Shown in pieces: positions 34,600-47,435 of a stretch of 64,000 bases of DNA (within the stretch, counting starts at the first letter, position 1; each line of letters starts with the position of its first letter). The stretch is from Chlorokybus atmophyticus (Eukaryota; Plantae; Mesostigma and Chlorokybus algae). Location of the stretch: NCBI GenBank assembly GCA_009103225.1, contig RHPI01001327.1, positions 62,001 to 126,000 on the forward strand, in the 5' to 3' direction. The notes below the pieces were generated by a model. It did not search any database and was not told where the DNA came from. It saw only the letters and a program-made list of their open reading frames with translations. A program made the position numbers and the translations under genes.

Positions 34600-37030
34600 T
34601 TCATAGATTGAGTGCGTCTGGCATAGTTAACTTGCCTTCACGGTATCACGTACTCTTGTGGCAAGTAATCTTATCGTCTTTTTGCTTTAGCAACTCAACA
34701 AACCAGTTGTCGAGTGCAAAAGCCTGCGGTGACATGCAATAATGTCTTGCGCATCATCAGCGAGTGGGTCCTCCCCACTTGCATCAGCAACCACCATTCG
34801 TTCCTCATTACAAACTGATTCACCTGCAATTGGCAACTCTTCAACACAAGCCTTACTTGGTTGTGACTCGGATTGCCTTTGCATTTGAGACCAAATTATT
34901 GGTCCCACTTTTGTGGTTGTGCTCCCCTTTCCTAGGATGCATACTTGACCGAGTCATTGTTGCCAGCAACAGAGGCGAGCGACTCAAAGAATTTGCCACA
35001 TTCACTCTTCCTGGTCTGTATACCCAAGTGAAGTTGAAACGTGATAAAAACTCAGCCCACCATGCTTGTCTCCGGAACAGGGTTGGTTGGGTCTAAAAGA
35101 AAAGAAGGGGGTTATGATATGTTACCACCGAAAACCCACCTTCCACCCTCTCTGGATAGCAACGCCACTCCTGTAGCGCATGAACTACTCCCAACAACTC
35201 TTGTTTAGTTGTGGTATAGTTTCTCTCAACTGGAGAGAACTTCTTGCTCTGGTACGCGAGAGGGTGTCCTTCCTGGAATTACACTGCGCCAGTGCCATCA
35301 AGGGATGCATGACTTCAACCTCAAAGTACTTGGTGAAGTTAGGCAGCTGTAGCACAGGTGCTGTTACCAAGGCCTCTTATATGAACTCAAAACACCTTCT
35401 CCTGCCCTTGCGTCCATCTCCACACGAATTTGTCACGCAACAAGTTGGTGAAGGGTGCTACTCGCGATGAGTAACCCAGAATGTCCTGCCGAAAATGGTT
35501 GCTCAAGCCCAAAAAGGCGCACAACTCGCGCACATTCTTAGGAGAAGGCCACTCTTTGACCTTTGCAATTTTCATGGGGTCATGGCACACGACCTTTTCC
35601 ACTCATAATGTGTCTGAAAAATTCCAGCTCAGTTATTTGACATGAAAACATATACGCAAAGAACTTGTTGGCATGCAACGTGTCCAACACCTCACGTACA
35701 TATACAGCATGAGACTCAGAGCTCTTACTGCACACCATGATATTATTCAAGTGCACAAATATTGACTTCAAGGAAGTCTCTAATCAGCTTATGGAACACC
35801 CGGTTCATAGCTTGAATTGTGGCTTGCGCATTCGGCAGCCCCAAAGGGAGTACTTTGTACTAGAAGTGGCCTACAGACGTCCTACACGCAGTCCAGGCAC
35901 GTCTTCCAGGGTAATCCGCATCGAATCCAACGAATTGTATATTGAGGCTCCGCTTAGCTAATCCAACCTATCATTAATCCTTAACAGTGGGTACCTATTT
36001 TTGATGATGAGCTTGTTCAAAGTCCTGTAATCTACGCACATGCGTAGCCTGCCGTCCTTTTCAAGTATAAACAGAACAGGTGCTCCGAAGGGAGAGCTAC
36101 TTGGCTCAATCAATCACTTCGCAAGCAATGCCTTGATTTGCTAGCGATTATACATGTGCGCATGCTCAGCTAACCTCAGCCTATACAAAAATCTAAATGG
36201 AGGTTGTGATCCCGTCACGAGAGGAATAGCATGCCGGACTTCCCTTTCAGGTGGCATCTCAGGCAGCTCAGCTCTAAACACATCAGAATACTCATGCACA
36301 AGAGCCTTTGCTGTGCCTTGCTCATTGCCAACAGTCTCACCGAGTGAAGTGGGACTCTCGTCAGCAAATGGCTTGACTAGCACCAGAAGAGGTGTAGCAC
36401 CTTTCTTCGAAGCTCTTTTCACCTGCATGGCATTTATTAGCAAGGTTAATCACATGATGCATCACTAGAGATAGTGGAGGTATCATCACATCCATGTGCT
36501 CTCGGTCACACGCCCTCTCCCTTTGCGGACATTGCACATGCTAGTGTCTGCATTTGTGCGCAGGCCATTAGCACGCTCTTAACGAGCACCAACGATGGCA
36601 TCAACATCTGGTACCTGTACTAGTACCACAAGTAACCCAAGTTGGGCGTGATAGCCTTGCACACGTAACGCTAGACGCATGGACCCCTTTACCAAAATCA
36701 TAGAGTCATCAGGCGTAGCTACGGTTTTGCTGGCTTAACACACATGGATACCTAGCCTTTGTACTAGAGCTTCACTCACAAAGTTCTCCTGAGTGTTAGT
36801 ATCAATCATTAGAGTGGCTGGCACACGTGCAACTGTTGCCTTGAACATCCACGTTAAATCGAAGTGATTTCCCCGGTGGAGAATTTGCGAGTCATACAAA
36901 ACTCGCACTGAGCATCTCAAGCCAATCTGAGCCATGTCAATCTCCTGCATCACTGCATACCCTTTGAATAGGACAACCATGATCCACTGCACTTAGGCAC
37001 AATGACACATGCACTTGTGTTATGCGTACT
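34600..37030 (-). mobile_element. Element C, pol remnant of a decayed Ty3/gypsy retrotransposon (protease, RT, RNase H, start of integrase); 3' end truncated
   Basis: LMIDTNTQENFVS (protease); [16 protein letters not shown] and KVKEWPSPKNVRELCAFLGL (RT); GVVHALQEWRCY..RRQAWWAEFLSRF (RNase H); many stops and frameshifts. Confidence 0.88.
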
Positions 37031-37035
37031 CTTGC

Positions 37036-37355
37036 TGTAAAGGGAGAATTGCCAATGCCCCCTTTAATCCTCTACCCCAACACCCACGCCAACGACCCTA
37101 CCCATGCCGCCGCCGTACTGTCGTGTCAAGAACCCCCGTTCCTTCACTCACTATCAGCCATAGCTTTGACTAGTTTGGTTGATATCAACCAATTGAGGAA
37201 TAGCGAATATCACCCGTTGGAACTCATAACTTAAATAAGACTCATATAAGGGTCTTAATTAAGCACCAATGGAGCTTGGCATATAATTGACCAATAATGG
37301 TCATATAAAATGATGTCAAGGTGAAAACCTTTTCTAAAGGGAAAAGCCCTTGACA
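37036..37355 (-). repeat. Element D 3' LTR with adjacent polypurine tract
   Basis: TGTAAAGGG...CCCTTGACA termini; C-run 37359-37366 reads GAGGGGGGGGCAA on minus, directly before the LTR. Confidence 0.92.
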
Positions 37356-37524
37356 TTGCCCCCCCCTCAACGAAGGCGGCTCCCGACGCCGTTAGTTGAT
37401 CACTTTAACAGCCGGATCCATTTTAAAAAAGGGACGAGGGTTGCACACTAAACACATGCTGCCTCACGCCCTGTCAGTAGTGCGGTGGGCACACACGTTA
37501 GCGAGAGTTGTAATGCCGAAGAAC

Positions 37525-40500
37525 CTACTGGCAGATTGTCAAGTTCCTTTCAGGCTCCCACGAGTTGTGCTCAACACCATACCCTTTCCACTTGACCAGA
37601 TAAGATGTGCGTCTACGCTTATCCTTTCTATGATCAAGTTTACTCTCCACCTCATATTCCGGGCCCGCACTGTCATTCAAGACAACAGCAGGAGGTGGTG
37701 GTTGAGTCCGTCCATCAGCACGATAGGCCGCAAGGAGGCTCACAGGAAATACATCATGTATCTTTTGCCATCGATGCTAGCAACTCCAACCGGTATGCAA
37801 GTTTGCCAACTCGCTCGCGTACTGCGAACAGTCCTACAAAGCGTGGCATGAGTTTGCAGGTACCCTTTGCTTTGAGTGACAGGTTCTTGGTGTTTAGCAA
37901 CATGTCACCAATTTCAAACTCAACATTACGCTGATGCTTATCAGCATACGCTTTGTATCAATCTTGCGCCGCACGCATGCACTCACGTGCTCGTTGCGTG
38001 CGTGATTGCAATTTAAGTGCAAGATCGCGTGCAACTGGCACCTTATAACTAGGTGGCAATCTCAGATCAGCCACCCCCAATGGGTGTTTGCCATAATTTG
38101 CAAAGAAGGGCGTGTCGTTTATGCTTGCTTGCCACGCGTTAATTGCAAATTCTGCCATTGGTAAGTAGACATCCCAATCGGTTTGATTAGGTGCAACATA
38201 ATGTCACAAAGTCTCTTCCACAATCTGATTGGCACGTTCAGTTTGCCCATCCGTCTGAGGATGAAACGCAGTGCTCATGTGTTAGTCAATGTGCAAGAAG
38301 TCACGCACTGATCTCCAAAACTGAGTCGTAAATTTCGGATCTCTATCCGATACCATGTTGCGTGGCAAACCATGCAAACGGAACACCAAGGAGAGGAACA
38401 GCATAGCTGATTCCCGAGCACCCGTGTCCGTACGGCAAGGAGCTAGGTGAGCCATCTTAGTCAGGCGATTCCCAAACACCACAATCGCTGTATGACTTGA
38501 GGTAGTTTTAGGCAGTGCAGTGATAAGGTCCATGCTGACATTCTCCCAACTGAGCAATGGGATAGGCAATGGCTGTAAAAGGCCGGATGTTCTTTGCCGT
38601 CTCGGCTTGTTGCGCTGACATGCATCGCATGTTGCAACATACCGATTGACATCCACTGTCAACTCGAGCCAATAAAAGCGTCGTTGAGTTGTAGCAGTAG
38701 TCTTGGACCGCCCAAAATGACCAGCATGCGGGGGGTCATGCACAGCAGTGATACACTTAGTGCGCAAGCCATTTTGACCAGGTATGACAAGAGCATTGCC
38801 CTTATACCATAGTCCATCCCGCAATTTAAAGCCCGTCACGCGTTCATGGTTGTTAAACCAAGAGTCACACTTGTACCTCGTCTTAACATGTATTAAGACT
38901 GATATGTCCGGTGTAACAGCGACAACGGCATTGATGTATGCCTCAATGCTGTTGATCATCACCGGTATGCGGCTTAACGGTCCGCCACATTCGTACGACC
39001 AGGACGATTGCACCATTCGAAAACATAACGATACAAAAACTCATTTCAGCGTGCCTGACGACGAGAAAGCATCGGCTAAGTCTAAAAGAATACGGGAGGG
39101 TTGTGGTCTGTTATCACTGTAGAGTATGCCCTCGAGATAGCAATGCCACGTTTTCAGTGCGTGCACCACCCCCAATAGTTCTTGCTCAATAGCGGTATAG
39201 TTCACCTCAGCCGGAATGAACTTGCGAGACTCATACGCACACACACGATCATCTTGCATGAGCACCGCCCCACACCCCAACTTGGAAGCATCACTTATCA
39301 CAGTAAATTGTTTCTTCCAATCCGGCATTGCCAGTACAGGTGTTGATGTTGGTGCACACTTGATCCAGCGCATGGATTCGTCTTGTTTTGCATCCCATGT
39401 AAAGCATTGTCCTTTCCGCAACAATGTTGTCAACGAAAAAAAGTCCAAGTCAATGAACTGTAGCCGAGTATAAAACGTCCAGAGTAGTAGTTAGCCAGGC
39501 CCAAAAATGACATCAGCTCATGATAATTGCGAGGCGTAGGCCAATCTTCCACGACCTTAACTTTAGTAGGATCAGGCTTGATGCCATCAGCACCAACCAT
39601 GTGCCCCAAGTATGGCAACTCCTGCTTACCAAAATTGCATTTGCTGAGGTTGGCAAATAACTTGTGCTTTCGCAACCGCTCAAGAGAGCGATTGTCACAT
39701 GTTGTTGATGTTCATCCAGGTAGACCTTTGCAAACTTGCTAAGCAAGTCGTCAAACACAGCATTATCTCGTCTTGAAAGACTGCGGGTGCGTTGGTCAAA
39801 CGAACGGCAACACCTTGTATTTATAATGGCCAATCGGCGTTCTAAAAGCAGTCTTATGTACATCATCGGGATGCAACCGGATCGAATGATAACCACTAAC
39901 TAAATTGAGTGATGTGAAGTACTTACTCCCCGATAATGAGTCAAGCATGTCATCAATGCGTGGTAAAGGGTACCCATTTTTGACTGTGATCTTGTTTAAT
40001 GCACGATAATCCACACACATGCGTAGCTTCCCGTCTTTCTTTCTCACAAAGAGAATGGGAGAGCCGTATGGGGATTTACTCCGCTGAATTGAACCTTTGG
40101 CCAATAACTCATGATCTGCTTTTCCATTTCCATCCTCTCTACAGGACTTAGCCTACAGGTAGGTCGTGAAGGAGGGGCAGACCCTCGTTCAATAGGAATG
40201 GTGTGACCAATACCTCTATCCGGTGGTAGTTCCGGCAAAGCGTCAGCAAAGACATCGCTGAATGTATTCACCACTTGTTGCATTTCAGGAATGCCATCGA
40301 AAGATGCACGTATATGAGCCAAAGAGGCCATTGATCTGTGCTTGCGATAGCTTGCAGAGCATTCAATAGCCCTGCTGGCTCAGGCAAAGTTTGTCGCAAT
40401 TGCGTGGTGCGCGTAACTTTACGCTTACCTTTGCGTACAGAACATGTTTTCGCATATGTGTCTAGAGTCAGACGCACAGCTTGTTGCCAATCAAGCCCCA

Positions 40501-40760
40501 GTATGACATCAGTATTGTCAACCCCAAGATCTGTGACTAACAGCTTAAACATGCCCGAGTATGCACCAATGCGCATGCATGCATTGACCACGCCATATAG
40601 AGGCAAAGCGTTACGCCCTGCGGCATGCAACATGCAGCATGTTTGCTGGTGACGTAGCCAACGATAAGCGTTTCACCAAAGAATGATTAATGAAGCTATG
40701 CGTAGCAGGGGTGTTTAACACAAATGAAGCACGATAACCCGCTAAAGAACCCTGAAAGAT
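37525..40760 (-). pseudogene. Element D pol: protease, RT, RNase H, integrase, chromodomain (disrupted)
   Basis: VLNTPATHSFI (protease); [27 protein letters not shown] (RT); VISDASKLGCGAVL..EQELLGVVHAL (RNase H); HDPPHAGHFG..CDAC, SMDLIT, SDRDPKF (integrase); EYEVES..YLVKWKGYGVEHNSWEPERNL (chromodomain, about 37535-37656). Confidence 0.93.
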
Positions 40761-41440
40761 CTATAGTAAGGGAATAAGATGACCATAAAATGCGGCCACA
40801 AGTGCATGGTCACTGTGCGACGGAAGCACCACCAACTTCATATAAGTAGGCATGTCGGTTATCCGCTTGAACTTAGCCACAAGGTGTCCATGTGATGTCC
40901 ATTTGAACCATGAGCCATGATAGCATGGCATGAGGACATACCCTGTGATAGCAAGATGCTGTTTTTGAAACATAGCAAACTCTGCTAAATTAGTTGCTAA
41001 CACACGGATTGACGTTCAAGGACCATGAATGGTCCGTGACGCAGGACCGGGATTTCCCCCTGCTAAATGAAATGGGTGGACCTTGCATGGTCTGTTTTTC
41101 ATCGACAGTCGGACCATTCATGGTCCGAATTTCACGTGAATGATACCATTGTCCCTTGGTACGCACCACTTAAGGTACGGCCGATTACTGTTGCGTCAGG
41201 ACCAGGTATGGTCCGGCTATCGGACCAGGGACTAAATCATATTATTACAATACTTCAATCATAACTGGTCCGGCCAGCGGACCATGGACCGAAATTTATT
41301 ATGGACCAATGTAAATATGAGTGCAAATGCAGTAAAAGTTGAGACATCTTTGCCGGCGGCACCGGCCACGCCCAACCTGCGGCGCACGAGGCCGCGGCCA
41401 GCTCCGCGGCGTTAGTGGAATGATTAGTCAAGAACACACG

Positions 41441-41512
41441 CATCGGCCGGATTCGAACCCATCACCTTTAGCATATCAAAGACGACGCCCTAACCACTAA
41501 GCTACAAGTGCA
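41441..41512 (-). ncRNA. tRNA-like sequence (pseudo-tRNA or SINE head)
   Basis: Minus strand has A box TAGCTTAGTGGTTAG and B box GGTTCGAATCC at tRNA spacing; anticodon and T stems pair poorly. Confidence 0.55.
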
Positions 41513-41549
41513 CGTACCGGTAGGGTCGCATGGCAACCTGTATCATGTG

Positions 41550-41996
41550 CAGTCTACCCTCAATATAAGAGCCACGTTTATGCGAGCCCTTTTGGCTCTT
41601 ATATTGAGGTGCTCTTACCTCGAAATAAGAGCATGTGCTCTTTGAAAGAGGGAACCTCGTAATAAGAGCTGTAGCTCTTATTATGAGGTAACACCCTGCG
41701 TAACCCTTCGTAACACCCTGCGTAACCCTGCGCAACGTGTAACCCGTAACTCGTAACCGTAACCTTAACCCGTAACCCTGCGTAAATCTGCGTAAATCTG
41801 CGTAACTAGAGCCTAACAGCCTGCGTAGCCCCCTCTCGATAAGAGAGTTGCCTGTGAGGCCAGAGCGCTCTTATATCGAGTGCTTTTACTCTTATTGGGA
41901 GGTAGTTTTGCCTGGTGTACGAAATTGCAAAGGCCTTTTGGCTCTTATATCGTAGATGCTCTTATTGTGAGGGTATATTATATCGAGGGTAGACTG
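41550..41996. mobile_element. pogo/Tc1-mariner-like MITE inside element A
   Basis: TIRs CAGTCTACCCTCAATATAA / TTATATCGAGGGTAGACTG; right flank TA, left flank TG; internal GCTCTTATATCGAG repeats and a CGTAACC micro-array at 41690-41815. Confidence 0.7.
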
Positions 41997-44141
41997 TAGT
42001 TTATTGCATGCGCCGACAGCCGCTTGGCGACTGTCGGCCGGCGGCAGTAATTGATTGTGTGTCGCTTTGATAGGCCCATAGGCTGAGCCTATGCAATTGT
42101 AGCATTTATAGGTTGTACCAGTTACATGGACTGTGATAAACTACATGTCGGTAGCCGCGAACTCGGCGGTTGTCAATACGCCAGTACAATTTGTAGACTT
42201 GTTAGGGGCTGTCATTAAGACAATGCTTAGTGATAGTAGCCAAATTGCGACTGTCAATGCAGCCAGTGTACCTTATCGGGCTGTCGATGATTCTGTGGTC
42301 GCATGAGGCTTGTATAGGCCATTTATGAGGTTATACAAGTAAGGCTATAAGTCATAACATCTGACATTGCTTGCGCTTTCGTTTCATACAAATTATTGAA
42401 ATCAATCATACCATAAATTACGCTTAGCAATGCAACATGCGAACAGCATCAACATATGTATTCATGGTATGATGTTAACGGTTGTGAACATTATGATAAT
42501 GTAATAACCAACGAACTATATTTTATGTAATTAACACGCGCAATGCATGCATGTAAATTTAATATAGTTATTATTGTAGACCATGTAATTGTACAGTAAT
42601 CATAACACTTTGTACAATCATATTCTGATACATTACTTACGATGTATATAATTTTGCATATGAAAGGTCTAATGCACATGTGTACGCGCATCAATATACT
42701 TACAACAATGTATGTACATTAAATGATGAATATGAAGTAATTGCACTGCTGCAAATTGCGGCCGCAATACGTCAACAGTTCTTGCTTATATACTTTAAGC
42801 CTATTCCTACATGCACACACACGTATATTTGTCAACATATATATACATATGCATGTTGAAGGTGAGTGAGTGTGGGGAGCAGCATCAAGCTGCCCACATG
42901 TATGTCATGGGCTGTGTGTGTGCTGTTTGGGTTCTGTTTGTGGGCTGCACTGTGTGACTCATGAAAGCCAGGTGGTGGCTTGCTATACTCGTTGGTGCTA
43001 ACGGTCATAAACGGCTATGTGACTCACTAATGCCTGCTGACTATGGCTGCTACTTGGGTCTTTGTGGGTTACTACACAGGTGGGGGTGGTAAGACCGGAC
43101 TACCCTACTTCGCGGCTGGCGGCTGGCAACTTGAGAGCGGGGGCCAGGCAGTTGTCGTCGCAGTCAGAGTCGTGCATGCCACACCCGTCGTGGACCACGC
43201 CGCTCACCTCTCCATCTGCTGCGTCCGTGTCCTCTGCAGGTGGTTACTTCTTATGCCTTCTCATGCCGTTGCCGCCTGAGCTCTGGTACAAGTAGTGTCT
43301 TAGCGTTAGCATGCTGTAGGTGTACAACTCTGCCTTGGCCCCCGCCTAATTTGTTGCCTTGTGTTTGGTTTCTGGAATTTGCTTGAGCTTGTGTGAGCTT
43401 GTGTGAGCTTGCATCTTTCACAAACATTCTTTGAGCGTGCCTAGCGCAGCTCTTATGTGATCTATGTATACATATATATATGTGTATATATACACATATA
43501 TTTATATGTATACACATATCCATTTATACATATATAGGCCACAAGTGGACAGCCGCAACTGGTCGGCAGCTGTCCACTTGTGTTAAGTTAAAATGTACAT
43601 GGACAGCCGGCTGTCAACATACATTGACAGCCGCCGACCATTTGCGACTGTCCACTTTATGGTAAGCGGCGACAGTCGGTGCGGCCTGTCATTTACTAAA
43701 TGATGATACACACAATGTATATATATATATATATATATATATACCTATGTACTCGTACATGCAATAAGTATACTTCAGGCATGGTACACGTGTAGCGCGC
43801 CCTGCAGGGCCGCCAACCAGCAACATTGCTGGTCCATGCCGCCCCATACATGGTGCGGCACGGACCATGTACGGTGCGCGGCTGCCGGGCCGCTGAGGCG
43901 CGGGCCCACTCCTGGTCGCATCCAGGAACCAGCGTAGAGTACTGGTCCGTGCCGCACCATACAAGGTGCGGCACGGACCATATGTGGTGCGCGACTGCGC
44001 GCCAGTTGTTGGGGCCCCAAAAGGACCATGGACGGTCCGTCCCTCGCGGACCAGACACTCGTGGTCCACGGGGACGGACCATGTATGGCCCGCGGGGTCC
44101 GTGGAAGGACCATGCATGGTCCCCGAACGTCAATCCGTGTG

Positions 44142-45084
44142 TAAGTCAGCTGGTTTGCACGAAAGTAACACACGCGCATCATGCACTGGTTCATCACGCC
44201 GCATTACAGGCAACATATCATGATCAATCCAAGCATGTGTAACACCATGTGTACGTAAAATAGATGTCATGTCTAAACCAATGTCTCTTGGCACAGTGGC
44301 CATGGCTAATCCCTACGGCTGCTGCTGAATCTTCTGGCCTTTGCCCTTGCCCATCTTTTGAGACGCAGAGGCCTTTAGCTCAGGGTGCAGCTGCCAACAA
44401 CGATTTGCCGTGTGACCAGGTTTCCTGCAAGAAGCACAAGTAACTTTTTGCTTATCACAGACACCGCAGCTGTATCCTTAGGATAAGTTGCTTTGGTAAA
44501 TCATGAAAATGGTCAAGACTGATGACAGCCTTGATGTACTCATCCAGATCCTTAGGCCCCCGCACAATGTTGTCCCCTCTCAGCTGCAAGCTGGTAACGA
44601 GATCCTTGCGTAATCCACTACGAAAGGAGTGCATCTGTGCAGCCGCATCGTTCGGAAGTGGTCCTTGGTTGAACTTCATCAACCAACAGGCGCCACTCGC
44701 GCGCATACACATCAGCACTCTTGTTGCCCATTCAAAGTTGGCCCAATTTCTCATCTGCTTCCACCCAAGGCGCAACACTCTGGTAGTGACTGCACATGTA
44801 GTCCAGCAGTGCTTGCATGGTACTGGCAAAGTTGCCCTTCTTATGCTGCATCTGCAACTCAATTGCTGCCAAATTGAGAACAATGTTCAACTGTTGACTG
44901 TTGAACTGTTGAACTTGTCCTCCTCTGACATGTCATTGGCTAACGCCAACCAGTTGTTGATGGACACGATCCACTTCATACTAGTCTTCTTCTCAGTGGT
45001 ATCAAACTTGAATGGCTTGACCAATGCCATCTTGGCACTGGCAGACATACTGCTTGTGGCGGGTGCAGAGCGCAATGTCGTCAC
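44142..45084 (-). pseudogene. Element D gag with zinc knuckle and start of the extra domain (disrupted)
   Basis: KPFKFD..KWIVSINNW, FRSGLRKDL (retrotransposon gag-like); CASCRKPGHTANRC knuckle at 44438-44397. Confidence 0.8.
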
Positions 45085-45549
45085 TTGCTAAGACAGATGA
45101 GAGATCAATGACTGTGCTTTCACCAATCTAGAGTTAACGCCTCGCGCCAACGCTTCCAGATGGCGATAATACTGTGCCAAAAATTGTAATGCGCAACGCG
45201 GGCCATTGAAAGCAGCGTCAAAGACGCGCAGTAAATTCTAAATGAATTCATCACTGGTCTCAATGGGTTGCAACACAAAAAGTTGGCTCTGTTGAGCTCC
45301 CACTGAAGTGGTGCGAGCAGCTGCTGGTGCAGGTTGTTGCTGTGTAGTTTTCTCCCCAGGCTCATTGACATAAACATGCACAATCTAAGCAGGGTCTGCT
45401 GGCAACTTCAATGGGGTTGCCCGAAGTTCAACATCTTTCAACCGGTTCTTCACATCAGGTATAAGGCGCTGTTGCCTAACGGGTTTAAGTTTGTCGAACT
45501 GTTCACTAACAAGAAGGTGCCTTCGTACATCACTTGCAAAACGTCGCAA

Positions 45550-47113
45550 AATGTTTCCTTTGCCGGCCGACTAAATATTGGCAACGGCCGTGTACCTAAT
45601 GATACTCATTTTGGTTGTCGACCTTCAGTCCACCGGCGATCTCGATACAGGGACCGGCGCATAACGGCCGTCACCATTAGTTGGCGGCCGTCTGCATAAA
45701 GGGACTAACCTCAATTAATAAGTACCTGTCAGGTACTCAACAGTTAAGCAAATGGAACTTGACCTAACCAACAGGTAAATGACCGATACCTATCACTTAG
45801 GTACCTGCGACTGTACGCTAACTGAGCTAACTGAGAAATTGTCAGGTACCTTAAGGTACCTACCGTTAATGATGTGTACTTTTAAAGGTACATGCTGGTA
45901 CCGCTCAGTCATGAATAGGTGTCACACGTAATTGTCGTCATCAGCTGTGCAAGAATGCGTGACAAATAATAAAAAACAAAAAAATCAATTACAATGTGAT
46001 ATACTGAGCTACTACTACTATTGCTAGTACAACTAGACTACCACAACTGCGACCACTACCACTACTGCTACTACTACCTTAGGTACTACTGCTAGTACTA
46101 CCCTTGTACTGAGCTGCGGCTCCTGCACCGCCCGCTCCAGCTCCGCCGCCGCCGTTCCTTCTCCGCCGCCGCTGCCGCCGCCTGGCCTCGTCTGGCCTAG
46201 CCTGGTCTGGCCTGGCCGCCCTAAGGCAAGGAGGGTGGTTAGCTGACATGCGGTGTTGCACGTAGTACAACGTCAGACAGCAACTAAGCTCACCTGCTGT
46301 TAGCCGTTGCCGCCGCCACCGCCGCCATCACCGCCGCCGCCGCCGCCGCTGCCTACAACTCTCTCTTCGACTTGAAGCCGTTGAGCGTTTGAAAAACTTG
46401 GGCAGCCCAAGTTATTCAAACGCGTTTTCGAAACGTGACTCACATTTCGATTCGGACTCGCGACGGCATTATCGTATAAGTATAATAGTACGAAAGTACC
46501 ATTGTCGCAACGGCACTATCGTAACATCAGTATGGTATTGCGACAGTCGCACTGTTCGTACTATTGACGTAGTACGGCGGCGGCATTATACCAGTGTTTC
46601 GACTTGCCGGCCGGTACCACCGTCCCGACTTGCCGACTTTTGAGGACCAGCAGTCACTTGCTTATCATATTTGACACACAATAAGTAGGTCGCCGCCGCG
46701 TTAAGTGCGCGACCGGCGATCGGCCGTCACTTAATAAACGCGGTAAGGTCATCTGATAGGGACTAACGGTGACTGGCTTGCCAAAGTAGGTAGGCCGTCG
46801 CGCATACCTTTTGACGGTCAGGGTACGACCGTCGGTCGGCCGTCACTGAATGTGACCAAAACGTGACTTATCTGTTATACAGATAGGTCGCCATCGCACA
46901 AATGGGACGACCAACAATCAACCGTCATCTTAAAGTGCGGTGTTGCCGTCACAGGCAGGCCGCCGTGGATTGTATCAATCGGTCGACCGCTTGCCGTCGG
47001 TATATATTGCTTAGTTGTAACGGCCGACCTAAAAAGTCCCTTTATGGACCAATCCGTTACGTCAGGTAGGGTCAGGCACCCGTCAGTCCCTTAGTCCCTT
47101 GTCAGTCACCGTG
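45550..47113. mobile_element. Degenerate DNA-transposon-like segment with subterminal repeats
   Basis: Many (G)GCCGTCAC/GACGGCC repeats; CATAAAGGGACT (about 45697) is inverted at about 47036; right end GTCAGTCACCGTG (CAC terminus); left end not found. Confidence 0.4.
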
Positions 47114-47435
47114 TATAATTTGCAACGAACGCTTCGCCTCCCCCACAGAGTAAGGGTTGACTGCAGAGAAAGCGTTCTTGCTTGGTAAGCTCAAAGAGAA
47201 TGGCCCCTTCAGTCTCATCTTGTGGGTTAATTGTATCCTCCATTTGCCCCTCTACTTGCGTAGCGGTAAGCGGGGATTTTTAGTGCCCTGAGATGTCTTT
47301 TCTGACTTGCCTTTTGCCATGTCTGAACACAGCAATACAGCTTGTAAGAACGAAGCTGTGTAAGCAAAAAGAGTTGTGCAAGCAAAGCTTGCAACAACAA
47401 CCAACAACAATTGTTGGTTGTTGTTACAAGCTTTG

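Larger units (their letters stand above)
41001..44141. mobile_element. Element A, non-autonomous CAC-terminated DNA transposon (CMC/CACTA-Chapaev-like)
   Basis: TIRs CACACGGATTGACGTTC / GAACGTCAATCCGTGTG; TSD TAA at 40998-41000 and 44142-44144; subterminal arrays of the GGACCAT(G/T)CATGGTCC palindrome; removing it restores the element D frame. Confidence 0.88.

Noticed and set aside
41441-41512. Functional tRNA gene
   Set aside because: The anticodon and T stems do not pair; kept only as tRNA-like.
45079-45090. GTCAC as the left TSD matching CTCAC at 60298-60302
   Set aside because: It has one mismatch and is not followed by an LTR-like start, so the left boundary of the inserts in D's 5' region remains unresolved.
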